Origin: Octopus sinensis
Taxonomy: Eukaryota
Direction of reading: 5' to 3'
Assembly: GCF_006345805.1 (NCBI RefSeq)
Contig: NC_043020.1
Span: 17,794,001-17,858,000, forward strand
Length of the DNA: 64,000 nt
Shown here piece by piece: positions 1 through 11,821 of the stretch (positions are counted from its first letter, which is position 1; each line of letters starts with the position of its first letter). The notes under the pieces were generated by a model. The model was given only the letters and a program-made list of their open reading frames with translations. It searched no databases and was not told where the DNA came from. The position numbers and the translations under genes are program-made.

Positions 1-151
1 TACTGCCCAATTCTCACTCACTGAAGAATATGCTCAGTATATTGATATATGAGGCAGAATACCGGCATTATGCATTAAAAAGGTTGTTTTCTAATTTGAA
101 AGACATTCACCGATAACATTGGCACATGTTGTACGCTACAGAAGCGACAAC

Positions 152-3100
152 ATGGAAACTATTTTGCAGATATCTCTTTCCTGGTTAATTCTTGCTTGCA
201 TATTACAATCTTTACTATTGTACATACCCACAGTTGCTGGTTATTCCAACGATACAATATTATTAAAATATGTCCCAGCCTCTAAGACATTCATTCAGTC
301 TCATGGCTTAATGCATATTCCAATCAAGAGAACTCGGACCAATTTAGAGATATCACCTTTAGGCTCCAACAGAAAAATTGGACGGCTTAAAAAACAAGAG
401 TTTAAAATCTCACACATGTCTGCTGCAGAGTTAAAATGTAGATATAGAAACATCCTTTACAAATTATTCTCTACCAAAAATCTACCAATCAGAAGCATAA
501 AATATAACTGCCACGATACAGTTTCCAACACACAACAACCAATTGATGGTTATTCTCCGCAGTTGCATTTGGGACGTTTTAAGCGGTCTGCAGACAGTTT
601 ACGAACTCAAGCCAAGAAGAAGGCAAAAAGGAAATCTGCTGAAGAACAAAATGTTTCCTCCAACAATACTCTATCCACTAACAACAATCTCCCCAACCCA
701 ACTCCGAAAATTACTAAACCAACAAAAACTGCTGCTTCCTCCAGCCATAATCCACGGCGTAAGACTAAAAAACAAACAGAAACTGCTGCTTCCTCAAGCC
801 GTAATCGGCGGCGTAAGACTACAAGACCAACAATAGCTGCTGCCTCTTATGTTCGTAAGCCCCGTTCTAAGATTATACAGCCAACAGCCGCTGCTTCATT
901 AATCTATAATCCACGATCCAAGGTTATAAATCCAACAGCGGCAACCTCATCTCGATCTAAGAATATAAAGCCAACTGCAGCTGCATCCTTCGTCCATAAT
1001 CCTCCTGATAAGATAACACCAACACCAACCACCAGTTTTATTAAAACTACAATGATTACAGATGTTGACACTAAAAGTATTCCTTACAAAACACAGCAGC
1101 CAACAGCTTTCTCTTCATTGCCAAAGATTGTTTCTTCATCAATTCCATTACCCCAGAGTTCCATCACAGCTTCAAAATCAGAAGCTATTCTTTTGTCTTC
1201 CAGTCACAAAACAGCTTCAACTTCTTTGTTTGTTCAATCAACATCATCAGCTCCTCAAAGTAAACCTTCAATGGCAATGGTGACTCCCATTTATAATTCC
1301 TTACCATTAAATACAGTCACCACTTCCACAAATATTCACCCTGTAACTAGTTCCAAGTTTGAACCTAGTGGATTAACTTCACATCTTTTGCATTCTGGTA
1401 GCGAAGGGCCTCTAATGACCAAAATGCCAACACCATTTATAACCTTACAACTGAAGAACGACTCAACTGATACCAACACTCAACCCAAAACTGAAAACTC
1501 TCTTCACTTGACCCCAACTTATGCCCCGACAAATAGACGGTCAAAGAAGAATGTATCACTTCTAAGTAATCAGCTGCGCACTGCATCACTGTCAACTTCA
1601 AACATTGTTCTACTGTTGAACAATTCTTTATTGGCTACCTTAGACACCAAACAGAGTTCCTTGCCAGTTCAGACAACCACAGTCCACAATCCAAATTTAT
1701 CCTCAAAGACCCTCAAACTTGATTCAACAACAAAAACACTTTCCAGCAATAATAATTCAAGACTACTGACAAAACCTGTCAATGAAGAAACTACAGTTAT
1801 TTCTAAATCTTCTCTTCCTCCCACTAACAGTCTATTCAAATCTTTTACTCTTCACCCAAATACAGTTTCCAGCAGTCAATTATTTACACTGCTGCAACCA
1901 ACACCAAATACTGGTTTTAATTCTACTAGTTTTAGTCAGACATTTCCAAGTTCTAAATACAAATTTTTTGTCAGCACAAACGGGGCCTCTGTTGAAAGTA
2001 AGGCAACAGCTTCACCTACTGCTGGCTGGACTAAAAACACATTAGAAACCAAATCCAATACCTTTACAACAACAATCGCAACAATATTCAAGCCACTACA
2101 AACTTCGACATCTGACCCTTCTACTACAAACTTCAGTGTAAAAGAACGTAAGGGCACTCAAAACTCTTACTTAATTGTCCCAGATTGGAAAGCAGCAAAG
2201 CAGGAGTGGAAAGCGGCTTGGCACGTTCACATTTATACTTTCGGTTCTCTGTTTGCTCTTCTTGCCATTTATCTGTTGATCTGTCTACTGCGACTGCGAC
2301 ATACTATACACTTACTAAGCAACTACTACTTTGTGGCAGTAAATCTGCTCCTCTTTACATTTTGTCTGTTAAGAGCTCTGTTCTTGCTGGTTGATGGTTA
2401 CAACTCAGACCACACATACCATTATCTCATTGGATTCCTCTTATTTTACTTGGCATTTCCTTGCCTTACATCAGCATTTGCATTAATCTTTTATGCCTTC
2501 CTTAAAACTGCCAAAGTTTATTATTTGTCATCCAAATTCCAGTGTTTGCCCTTATTAATTACTATTATAGTCGTTCATTTTATCCTGCCCATCACTGCTG
2601 CAATACTCATTGGACTGTCCCTTTCTGTCAACATTTTTCTGTTTGTCTGCCAAATATTCTTTGTGCTCTGGGGTCTTTCTCTTTTCTTGGGTTACATATA
2701 TGTTTACAAAAGATTGCATTTTGCTGCTGAGAAAAGACAAAAACTCTTGCTTCAACTCCGTGAAGCCAAAATCCACATGGACAACTATACAATATACAAG
2801 GAACGACTCACCCTCTGCCTTGGTGTAACTGTTGCTCTTTTTAGTTCCATTATTGGTACATTTTGTACATGTCTACAAGTATATTCAGCTCTGTATTTCT
2901 TGGGCATTTTCCCAAATGAACTTCCAAGAGCTTGGCCCTGGTGGGGTTATCAAACTGCTGTTCGTTTCTTTGAATTCTTGTTTTGTATAATAACTACTTA
3001 TATAAGCACGCTTCCCTTTAAGCATCGTAGCAAATATGGCTGCGACCCTTGGTTTTACTGTTCGTCTTACACATGGTTGTGTCGCAAGGAAAACATGTGG

Positions 3101-3904
3101 AATTCTCATAAAGACATCAGCTGGACCAACATGGATGAAAACATAAGTAGCATTGGAATTTCAAAAGACACACGGCGCAAAGAAATCAAAGCTGCTGGTT
3201 ATGAAATAATTCCGTTAACAATTTCTCTGAGTCAAGAAAGTGAAAACTTAGCATTGGACGAGCCTGACTCGATGCTTATCGTTCAAAACGGTTTTGTCCG
3301 TTTCCGTACTGATGAAGAGCTGGAAGAGTTGCGTCAAAGCCCAAGAGTACCAAGAATGCATGCTGTAGCACCAATACCTGTCTCAATTCCCAAAGTTCCC
3401 AAAACTCTTCAGTGGAGCAACAGTAACAGCAGCAAGTGCCACCAAAACAACGGCTTCCAGTCAAAGGATGCCCTTCTTGGTAGTGGCTCATCTCCAGAGT
3501 GTTTGTCCTCCTCGACCTCTCCGTCATCATCCCAATTCAATCGTGTGAGTACTGCCGGAAGTGAACTTACATTTAAGGCGCCATCACTGAGTTTGGCCAG
3601 CAGCATCGACAAGGAACTGGAGCATTTTTTTCACCACTCAAGTCACAGGTCTCTTTCTAGCGTCACATCTGCTGACGTACTAGCAATTAACGAGGACACG
3701 TCTAGTGAGAATTCTGTCTTTCAGGCTGATGACAATGCTGACGGCATGGAAACCGGTGATGACCTCTCCAAGCAAATACCTTCCTTCTTTCTGACGGAGG
3801 AACCTGATGACAGTTTAAACACGACAGACTGTAGTCGGAACGATAATCTAAATTTAACCAGCTACCCCTTTCATAACTCAAATCCCCAAATCACGAACGT
3901 TTAG
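152..3904 (+). CDS. PRRT3/PRRT4-like seven-transmembrane protein with signal peptide and mucin-like ectodomain (about 1250 aa, single coding exon)
   Basis: Uninterrupted ORF. The track start at 119 is TTG; the first ATG is at 152 and is followed by a hydrophobic signal peptide (METILQISLSWLILACILQSLLLYIPTVAG). RFKR furin-type site at 575-586, S/T/P-rich stalk, then PDWKAAKQEWKAAWHVHIYTFGSLFALL, which matches the W..AW..H.Y..G.LF pattern preceding TM1 in PRRT3/4. Seven hydrophobic segments at about 2228-3015 and a Ser-rich cytoplasmic tail. Confidence 0.85.
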   Translation: METILQISLSWLILACILQSLLLYIPTVAGYSNDTILLKYVPASKTFIQSHGLMHIPIKRTRTNLEISPLGSNRKIGRLKKQEFKISHMSAAELKCRYRNILYKLFSTKNLPIRSIKYNCHDTVSNTQQPIDGYSPQLHLGRFKRSADSLRTQAKKKAKRKSAEEQNVSSNNTLSTNNNLPNPTPKITKPTKTAASSSHNPRRKTKKQTETAASSSRNRRRKTTRPTIAAASYVRKPRSKIIQPTAAASLIYNPRSKVINPTAATSSRSKNIKPTAAASFVHNPPDKITPTPTTSFIKTTMITDVDTKSIPYKTQQPTAFSSLPKIVSSSIPLPQSSITASKSEAILLSSSHKTASTSLFVQSTSSAPQSKPSMAMVTPIYNSLPLNTVTTSTNIHPVTSSKFEPSGLTSHLLHSGSEGPLMTKMPTPFITLQLKNDSTDTNTQPKTENSLHLTPTYAPTNRRSKKNVSLLSNQLRTASLSTSNIVLLLNNSLLATLDTKQSSLPVQTTTVHNPNLSSKTLKLDSTTKTLSSNNNSRLLTKPVNEETTVISKSSLPPTNSLFKSFTLHPNTVSSSQLFTLLQPTPNTGFNSTSFSQTFPSSKYKFFVSTNGASVESKATASPTAGWTKNTLETKSNTFTTTIATIFKPLQTSTSDPSTTNFSVKERKGTQNSYLIVPDWKAAKQEWKAAWHVHIYTFGSLFALLAIYLLICLLRLRHTIHLLSNYYFVAVNLLLFTFCLLRALFLLVDGYNSDHTYHYLIGFLLFYLAFPCLTSAFALIFYAFLKTAKVYYLSSKFQCLPLLITIIVVHFILPITAAILIGLSLSVNIFLFVCQIFFVLWGLSLFLGYIYVYKRLHFAAEKRQKLLLQLREAKIHMDNYTIYKERLTLCLGVTVALFSSIIGTFCTCLQVYSALYFLGIFPNELPRAWPWWGYQTAVRFFEFLFCIITTYISTLPFKHRSKYGCDPWFYCSSYTWLCRKENMWNSHKDISWTNMDENISSIGISKDTRRKEIKAAGYEIIPLTISLSQESENLALDEPDSMLIVQNGFVRFRTDEELEELRQSPRVPRMHAVAPIPVSIPKVPKTLQWSNSNSSKCHQNNGFQSKDALLGSGSSPECLSSSTSPSSSQFNRVSTAGSELTFKAPSLSLASSIDKELEHFFHHSSHRSLSSVTSADVLAINEDTSSENSVFQADDNADGMETGDDLSKQIPSFFLTEEPDDSLNTTDCSRNDNLNLTSYPFHNSNPQITNV

Positions 3905-5009
3905 ACTTTTTTTCTTTTCATAAAACAACAACAATAACAATAATAATAAAGCGATGATGATGATGATGGTGATGTACAAATGAAACAAGGTAAAAATAGA
4001 TCGTTTGAGAAAGAAGGTGATGTTTGTGGTTATAGTGACTGAAAAAGAGAGAGTGGTGGTCGGGGGAGGGAGTGGGGGGGAGAAGGAGTTAATGAGAGAA
4101 GCAAGAAAGAAAGTGGAAAGAAAAGATAAACTATGATGGCTGTGAATAATTTTTTTTTTTTAAATTCAATGAAAAAGACAGATTACATTATGAAGTTTCA
4201 TGTATGGTTGAGATTTTTCAAGAACTGAGAGTTTTTTTAAAAATATAATTACATGTGCATGTGTGCGCACATTCACACAAACTCACTCACTCTTTCATAT
4301 GTAGATATATATACATATATGTAATATAAGTAAATGGATTCCCATTGATTTCTGTGGGGTTATTCCAGTTGTTTAATCAGTGAAACTACCTATTCACTGA
4401 ATTATGGTGTTAGTGGCTGAGTATTCCACAGACATTTGTCCCATTAATTTAATCCTCAGACAATTTAAGGGTTGCATGACATGTAGCATGATTGACCCCT
4501 TTTTTAGTTACCAGTCCAGTCCGGTCCATTCAGTCCATTTACCAAAGTTTCACACATACAGTCTCCATTATGCCTAGTCATTTTATTCACAAGACTTGGG
4601 TTGATTCGAGGCCCTGGAAGAAACTTGTGCTGCACGGTGGTATTGAACCTGAAACTTCATGATTGAAAAACAAACTTTTTAATCAGTGAACTATGTACAC
4701 ATAAAGAAATCACACGTGTGTGACCACGGAAGTACACGTATACACATGCACTTGGATGCACACATACAGACCAGCATACACTCACAAACATGCCCACAAA
4801 TTTATATTGAGGTTGTAATCCCCATTTTTAAAGCCTTCTATGGACAATGCTTTTTCATTCATCTTGGCATTCATTCTATGTGATGTTATATAGGGCCGCA
4901 TCCATATGTGGTCAGCACCTAAGTATTTTTAGAATTCATGGTCTCAGCCTCTAATTACACAAATATGTAGGTACAGAATGTATGGGTGCCTCTGTGTGTG
5001 TGTGTGAAG

Positions 5010-5180
5010 TCAAATCAAATAAACAAAATTAGCAATAACAAACAACAAGAGAAGAAGCATAAGAAATGTAATGGTTTGACTCTTGGTAAAAAGAGAGAGT
5101 TTTTGACATTTCGAGCATAGATCTTCATCAGAAAGGAAAAAGGGAAAGGTCCAAAGAAGGAAAAGAAATCATCAATAGCA
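5010..5180 (-). mobile_element. Short Penelope/retrozyme-like repeat with hammerhead motif
   Basis: Minus strand 5135-5099 reads CTTT-CTGATGA-A-GATCTATGCTC-GAAA-TGTC-AAAAAC. The element lies between microsatellites and has the same layout as the copies at 17183, 54640 and 56583. Confidence 0.6.
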
Positions 5181-5237
5181 TGTGTGCAGTGTATGTGCAT
5201 GTATATGTGTATGGGTGGATGTCTATGTGTGTATGCG

Positions 5238-5268
<31 letters not shown>

Positions 5269-5752
5269 ACACAGAGGATGTTTGGGCTAAATTTGACAGT
5301 TGCACAAAAGGAAGAAAAAAATTCAATATTCCATCCAAAAATAAGTCCTTTTAAAAAATCAAAAAATATCAGATTGGAATGTGAGGGTCAAATGTGTTTT
5401 GGGTATTGAGCCCTAATTTCTATGATAAAGCACATTATATAATATGTGTGTGTGTGAGTGCACACACACATACATACATATATATAGATACATACATACA
5501 TATACATGTGTGTGTGTGCATACACATACATGTATATGTACTCATGCACATGTATAGGTAAGTATGGCTATGCAGTAAAAAGTTTGCTTTCCAACTACAT
5601 GGTTCCAGGTTCAGTCCCACTGCATGTCATCTTGGGCAAGTATCTTCTATAGTTCTACTATAGCCTCAGGCCGACCAAAGCTTTGTGAGTTGATTTGGTA
5701 GGCAGAAAGAAACTGAAATAGCCCATCGTATATATATATACATACATATATA

Positions 5753-5909
5753 GGTGCAGGAGTGGCTGTGTGGTAAGTAGCTTGCTTACCAACTACATGG
5801 TTCCGGGTTCATTCCCACTGCATGGCACCTTGGGCAAGTGTCTTCTGCTATAGCCTCGGGCCAGCCAAAGCCTTGTGAGTGGATTTGGTAGACGGAAACT
5901 GAAAGAAGC

Positions 5910-5963
<54 letters not shown>

Positions 5964-6190
5964 CATATATATGTATGTATGTTTGTGTGTCTGTGTTTGT
6001 CCACCCAACATTGCTTGACAACCAATGGTGGTGTGTTTACATCCCCGTAATTTAGCGGTTCGGCAAAAAAAAAAAGACCAATAGAATAAGTACTAGGCTT
6101 CCAAAGAATAAGTCCTGGGGTCAATTTGCTCGACTAAAGGCCGTGCTCCAGCATGGCCACAGTCAAATGACTGAAACAAGTAAAAGAGTA
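5753..6190 (+). mobile_element. tRNA-derived SINE family A, full length
   Basis: A-box-like TGGCTGTGTGG, B-box-like GGTTCATTCCC, GGCACCTTGGGCAAG core, internal (TA)n and a tail ending GAAACAAGTAAAAGAGTA. More than 15 related copies in the window, including a head half at 5558-5735. Confidence 0.85.
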
Positions 6191-6720
6191 TATATATATA
6201 TATTATATGTGTGTTTGTGTCTGTTTATATCCCTATAACTTAGTGGTTCAGCAAAATAAAAATTCCTCATGGTATTGCAGTCAAACAGCTGCAGTCAAAC
6301 GACTGAAACCAGTAAAAGATAAAAGATATATACAGAATGTTTGTATGCACAAGATGTTTTCCTTCGACCCTGTTGTATATTTGTTGATGAGTGCATATAT
6401 GTGTGTGTATGTATACCTGGTTGTGTATGTATATATACACACACAAATGTTCAGTGCAATTTTAATATCACCTCCACTCTATTACTTCAAAAGTTGAACC
6501 AAACTTTGGTTTATACCTTCAACTTTCAGTGGTTCCTAATCTAATCTGTGATAGTCATGGTGGGGTGCTAGTTGTGGTGTGTGTAATGGTGTTGGGGTAG
6601 TAAGTTAGTGTACATTGATACATATGGCATAGTGTGGGGCAGCCCCTGATCCATTTCCAAAAGTCTCCTTTGAACAACATCATACATCCTGCATTGATTA
6701 ATGTAGTCTTAGGTAAACTG

Positions 6721-7094
6721 GAGGCGCAATGGCCCAGTGGTTAGGGCAGCGGACTCGCGGTCATAGGATCGCGATTTCGATTCCCAGACCCGGCGTTGTG
6801 AGTGTTTATTGAGCGAAAACACCTAAGCTCCACAAGGCTCCGGCAGGGGATGGTGGTGATCCCTGCTGTGCTCTTTCACCACAACTTTCTCTTACTTCCT
6901 GTTTCTGTTGTACCTGTATTTCAAGGGGCCGGCCTTGTCACTCTCTGTGTCACGCTGAATATCCCCGAGAACTACGTTAAGGGTACACGTGTCTGTGGAG
7001 TGCTCAGCCACTTACACGTTAATTTCACGAGCAGGCTGTTCCGTTGATTCGGATCAACCGGAACCCTCGTCGTCATAACCGACGGAGTGCTTCC
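6721..7094 (+). mobile_element. tRNA-derived SINE family C with 12-bp target-site duplication
   Basis: tRNA-like head GAGGCGCAATGGCCCAGTGGTTAGGGC...TTCGATTCCC. Flanked by TTAGGTAAACTG (6709-6720) and TTAGGTATACTG (7095-7106). Confidence 0.85.
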
Positions 7095-8007
7095 TTAGGT
7101 ATACTGTACTCATAACTGGAATTTATTTAATTATAGGTCTATTGACTAGAGCTGTTCCAGAATAAAAGACGCTCCATCTATGACCATTCTGTCTTATTTT
7201 CAGACATGGTATATTATTATTCAATGTGTGCAGCTTTCTTTTATGATGGTGGGGTGTGACTAGAGGGAGATTTGGCTGCTATTTCTAGTAGCTTAAACGA
7301 CCATTTAGAGGCCTCGCCCATATTGATGATAGTGGTTGATAAACATTGTCTATGACAGTTCTGCAGAACATGGAACTTTAATATGATTGCAATGTTGCAA
7401 GGCATCAGGCTGGCAGAATTATTACCACACCAGGCAAAATGCTTAGTGGCATTTCATCTGTCTTTTCGTTCTGAGTTCAAAAACCATTGAGGCCTACTTT
7501 GCCTTTTATCGCTTTCAGGGTTGATAAAATATATACCAGCTAAAAACTGGGGGTCGATGTAATCGACTTACCCTTTCCCCCACACTTGCTGGCCTTGTGC
7601 CAAAATTTGGAACTAACACAATTGCAATATTTGACTTTAAAAATAAAAATGTGAGAATAAAAATATGCTAATGGCCTAATGTCTGCAGATGGAGAAATGG
7701 TAAAATTCTCTCAGTAATGAAGGGAATTATAAAATTTGTATGGGTTGGCAGTTTTGTTAGCCTTCATTTACTTCCTTATTCATATGTCTGTGTGTGGGTG
7801 CACACACACTTGTGTGTATGTGTGTGTGTACTTGTGTATGCATGTGTCTACAAATATATATATATATATATATTCTCATCCGAAATGGAAAGGAGTACCT
7901 ATACTTTCATATGGTACGCTTGAACAATTGTGAAGATCTCTTCACATGAAACCATTGGTTGTCTTGTTAAACCACAAACAAAAGCATGAATGTGTGTATG
8001 TGTGTGC

Positions 8008-8044
<37 letters not shown>

Positions 8045-8146
8045 GGAGTAAACACATAAATGTGAAACAAGATGGAAAAAAGAGTACTCAAATACCAGAG
8101 GTAGAGTAATATGCTTTATTTAAAAGCAGCAGAAATTCAACAAAAC

Positions 8147-8184
8147 CTGTTACTCGGAGTTTCACGTTCCCGTTCATCGGACAA
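8147..8184 (-). ncRNA. Type I hammerhead ribozyme motif (U4C core variant), inverted partner
   Basis: Minus strand TTGT-CCGATGA-ACG GGAA CGT-GAA-ACTC C GAGT-A|ACAG. Confidence 0.58.
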
Positions 8185-8189
8185 CAAAA

Positions 8190-8227
8190 CTGTCCGACGA
8201 ACGGGAGCGTGAAACTCCGAGTAACAG
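8190..8227 (+). ncRNA. Type I hammerhead ribozyme motif (U4C core variant)
   Basis: CTGT-CCGACGA-ACG GGAG CGT-GAA-ACTC C GAGT-A|ACAG. Stems I, II and III can all pair; predicted cleavage after GUA at 8223. Confidence 0.6.
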
Positions 8228-8767
8228 GTTTTGTTGAATTTCTGCTGCTTTTAAATAATTTCTTTTTTGGAATAGTATATCTCAAAAAAACACATATAAA
8301 GCTATAAATAATAGAATGTAAATATGGGGTTGAAAATCCCTTTTTGATAGAAACATTGAAGGCTGTCCATTGAATGTGAACCCACATCTTTGAATTTTTC
8401 TGTCCAAAAGTGTTTTTCAACCATGCTCTTAGTCATAGCTTTATGTATGTGTTTCAAAATACCTATTCCAAAAAAGAAATATTTCACATTCTCTTGAAAG
8501 TTTATAAAATTACTATGACATCAACAATACACATGCACATACACACGGAACATGCACGCGAATGCACACACACACACACACCTGTATTTACTTTATCAAG
8601 TAATATATTTATTTGAATGGTACTTTTATTGTAAATATTTAAACACATTCATTTTTGGATTTTGGATGGCTGTTAAACCACAGAGAAGCTGTATCTTACC
8701 CCCAAAAAATATTGACCATGTTTGCCTGTACTATCATCATCATCATTGTTATTATTATTATTATTAA

Positions 8768-9200
8768 GGCAGTGAATTGGTAAATGCCAGGTAAAATGCT
8801 TAGCAGCATTTCGTCTGTACATTCTGAGTTCAAATTCCGCCAAGGTTGACTTTACCTTTCATCCTTTCAAGGTCATTAAAATAAGTATCAGTTGAACTCT
8901 GGGGTCAATGTAATCAACTTATCCCCTCTCCTTAACTTGCTGGCCTTGTGCCAAAATTTGAAATATTATTATTATTATTATTTAAGGTGGTGAGCTGGCA
9001 GAATCCTTGACATGCTGAACAAAATGCTTAGCAGTATTTCGTCCATCGCTATGTTCTGAGTTCAAATTCCACCAAGGTTGACTTTGCCTTTCATCCTTTC
9101 AGGGTCGATAAATTAAGTACCAGTGAAACACTGGGGGTCGATAGTATTGACTAGTCCCCTCCCCACCAAATTTCAGGCCTTGTGCCTTCAGTAGAAAGGA
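8768..9200 (+). mobile_element. Two tandem degenerate copies of tRNA-derived SINE family B
   Basis: GAGCTGGCAGAA...GTTCTGAGTTCAAATTCC...CTTTCATCCTTTC...TAAGTACCAG body twice, each ending in (ATT)n. Other copies at 7405, 9797, 35585-36250, 47487, 48528 and 56940. Confidence 0.75.
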
Positions 9201-11525
9201 TTATTATTATTATTATTGATTTTAAGGTGGAAGAAATAGCCAAGGATGCCTCGCATTATTTACTTCTGTTGTTTTATGTTCTGACGTCAAACCTCACCAG
9301 GTTTGAATTTGCTTTGTCTTCTTCTGGAGAAGATAGTCAATAAATGAATAAAAAAATGACCCAGGGTTAGATTTTATTGACTCTCCATTTCCTACAAACC
9401 TGAGTGTTGGTATGACAGAGGCAACATTGAGTGGAACTGTGTGAAACTTATGGTCTCTGGTCTGACATATCTCTTTTGTTCCCCTAAGATCACTGAAGTA
9501 TTGTACTTGTAATTTACTGACCATGGAACAACCCATGCATCTCACAAATGGCCAGCATGGACAGGTAGGTATACAACCACTGTCAGTACATGCTGTGTCC
9601 TGATCCAGTGTTGGATCAAAACCAGCTGAATGAAAATGATTTTATTTAAATATTTACATTCTCCACCTCATTAAAAAAAAATAAATCAGCCTTGTGTTTA
9701 ATCAAAATAAATTGTTGTTATTGAGAGGGTAGTGGATCGAGAGAATCGGTAGAGCAGCAGAGAAAATACCTTGCGATATTTAGTTGCATCTCTAAGGAGG
9801 CAAGCTGGCAGAATTGTTAGCACGCCAGGCAAAATGCTTAGCAGCATTTCATCCATCTTTAAGTTCTGAGTTCAAATCCCACCGAGGTCAACTTTACCTT
9901 TTGTCCTTTCAAGGTTGATAAAATAAGTACCAGTTTAATACTGGAGTCAATGTCATCAACTAGCCCCCTATTCTGAAACTGCTGGCCTTTTGCCAAAATG
10001 TGAAACCAACATTAAGTTGCATTTCTTTATGTTTTGAGTTCAAATCCTGGATGTTATCTTTGCCTTTTTTTCTCATTTTTTTTGTCGTTTTTTTCCCATT
10101 TTTCCTTTGCCTTTTTTTTCTTCATTCCAGGATTAATAAAATAAAGGCACCAGTTATGTATAGGGGGATTCAATCCAATCAATTATATAAAATTCTTCCA
10201 AAATGTATGGGCCTTGTGCCTCTGTTTAAAATTATTACTATTGAGAAGAACATGAGCATCCCACAATCTCCATGACATTCTCTTTTCATATTTGGACCTT
10301 TTTTTTTTTGTAAATCCAAGAAAAATATTGGCTAGCAATATAAGAAGGAAATTCTCATGAATGAAAAAAGTGTAACACGTTTTAGATTTTACTCTCGATT
10401 GAGGCCATCTTCAACTCGTTTCATTCTGATGTTGTGAAAGGCATGAGCATCAACACATCCTCTTTTTTATAATACAGAAATTTCTCCATTATAGTCATTA
10501 TTATTACTACTACTACTACTATTATAAATACTAATCATATTATTAGTAGTTGTTGTAGTAGTTGCATGTAGCTGTTTTTCGCCTGTATCTATTGCATACA
10601 GTATGTTACTAGCAACAGGACATTTCTTTTGGAACATCATCCCTCAACAACCACCCACCTTCCAACTCAACCCACCTAATCCAACCTCCGGAAGAACGGA
10701 CTACTTTAAACTGGTAAAATTACCAAACCTGACAATACATAGACTGAACTGCTAAGATTCCTAATCTCTGAATCTTGCTCATTGTATGACCCCGCCCTCC
10801 ATTGAAGTGATACATAGTCCAAACACAAACAGAAATACACACACACAGACATTTGCATGACTAACAGCGGCTTGCCGTTCATCATAGAGATTTGATATAT
10901 ATATTGAAAAAGAAGGAAGCTTGTAGTCATGTTTTACAGTTATATTTGAATGCTGAAAAATAAATTAAATATTGAAAAACAAAAAAAAAACTTTTTTAAT
11001 CAAAAATTTTTAAAACTTAACATATTGATAAAGAAATATATGAAATTAAATAATAAATAAAAATTAATGACACCACTTTTTGGTTTGGTTTTGTTTCTTT
11101 TTAAATTATACAGTTTATGTTGTTGCCATTATTTATTTGTGTGTTTGTTTCATCTTTCGTTGTATGTAATTGTTCACCTTTCCATATGCTTCCATGGGTT
11201 AAATGAAATTTCCTGAAGCAGATCTACTCCAGCCGGATACTCTTCCTGTCACCAATCCTCACCTGTTTCCAAGCAAGGTAATCGTTTTCCTGGTCTCCCC
11301 AACAAAACAGGACAATAGCCAGACATGTTTTAGCGGAAGATTGCAAATCAAAGAATTGACACTGTTTGTATGAGGCTTAACATTTATTTGCAATTTACAC
11401 ATGATGTCAAAGCAATATGATACATAGATCTCACACACACACAACGAGCTTCTTTCAGTTTTCATCTATTAAATGCTTTAGTCAGCCTAAGAAGCAAACT
11501 TCTTACCACACAATATATATATATA

Positions 11526-11771
11526 TCACGTGATCACGTGACCGACCAGTCCATCAGATGTAGTTACACATCCCTGGTCACAATGCGTTCGCATTGTTTT
11601 AGCCTTCGAATGACGCTACCCCGCCAACTGAAGAAAGAGTGGTGAAAGAGTACTGCCGGAGCGTCGTGGAGCTTTTAGATGTTTTCGCTCAATAAACACT
11701 CACAATGCCCGGTTTGGGAATCGAAACTGCGACCGCGAGTTCGCTGCCCTAACCACTGGGCCATTGCGCCT

Positions 11772-11772
<1 letters not shown>
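11526..11772 (-). mobile_element. SINE with family C head and a different tail
   Basis: Reverse complement of the 6721 head and body (GAGGCGCAATGGCCCAGTGG...GAGCGAAAACATCTAAAAGCTCCAC), then an unrelated 3' part ending GGTCACGTGATCACGTGA. Confidence 0.75.

Positions 11773-11820
<48 letters not shown>

Positions 11821-11821
<1 letters not shown>

Larger units (their letters stand above)
8041..8258. mobile_element. Penelope-like terminal fragment with inverted duplication (68-bp hairpin) carrying two hammerhead motifs
   Basis: Arms 8116-8183 and 8191-8258 are reverse complements at 66/68 positions, with a 7-nt loop. Abuts (TA)n on the left. Confidence 0.75.

Noticed and set aside
6721-6795. tRNA gene (also the SINE A and B heads)
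   Set aside because: A/B boxes are present but there is no full cloverleaf, and the sequence continues into a SINE body with a TSD.
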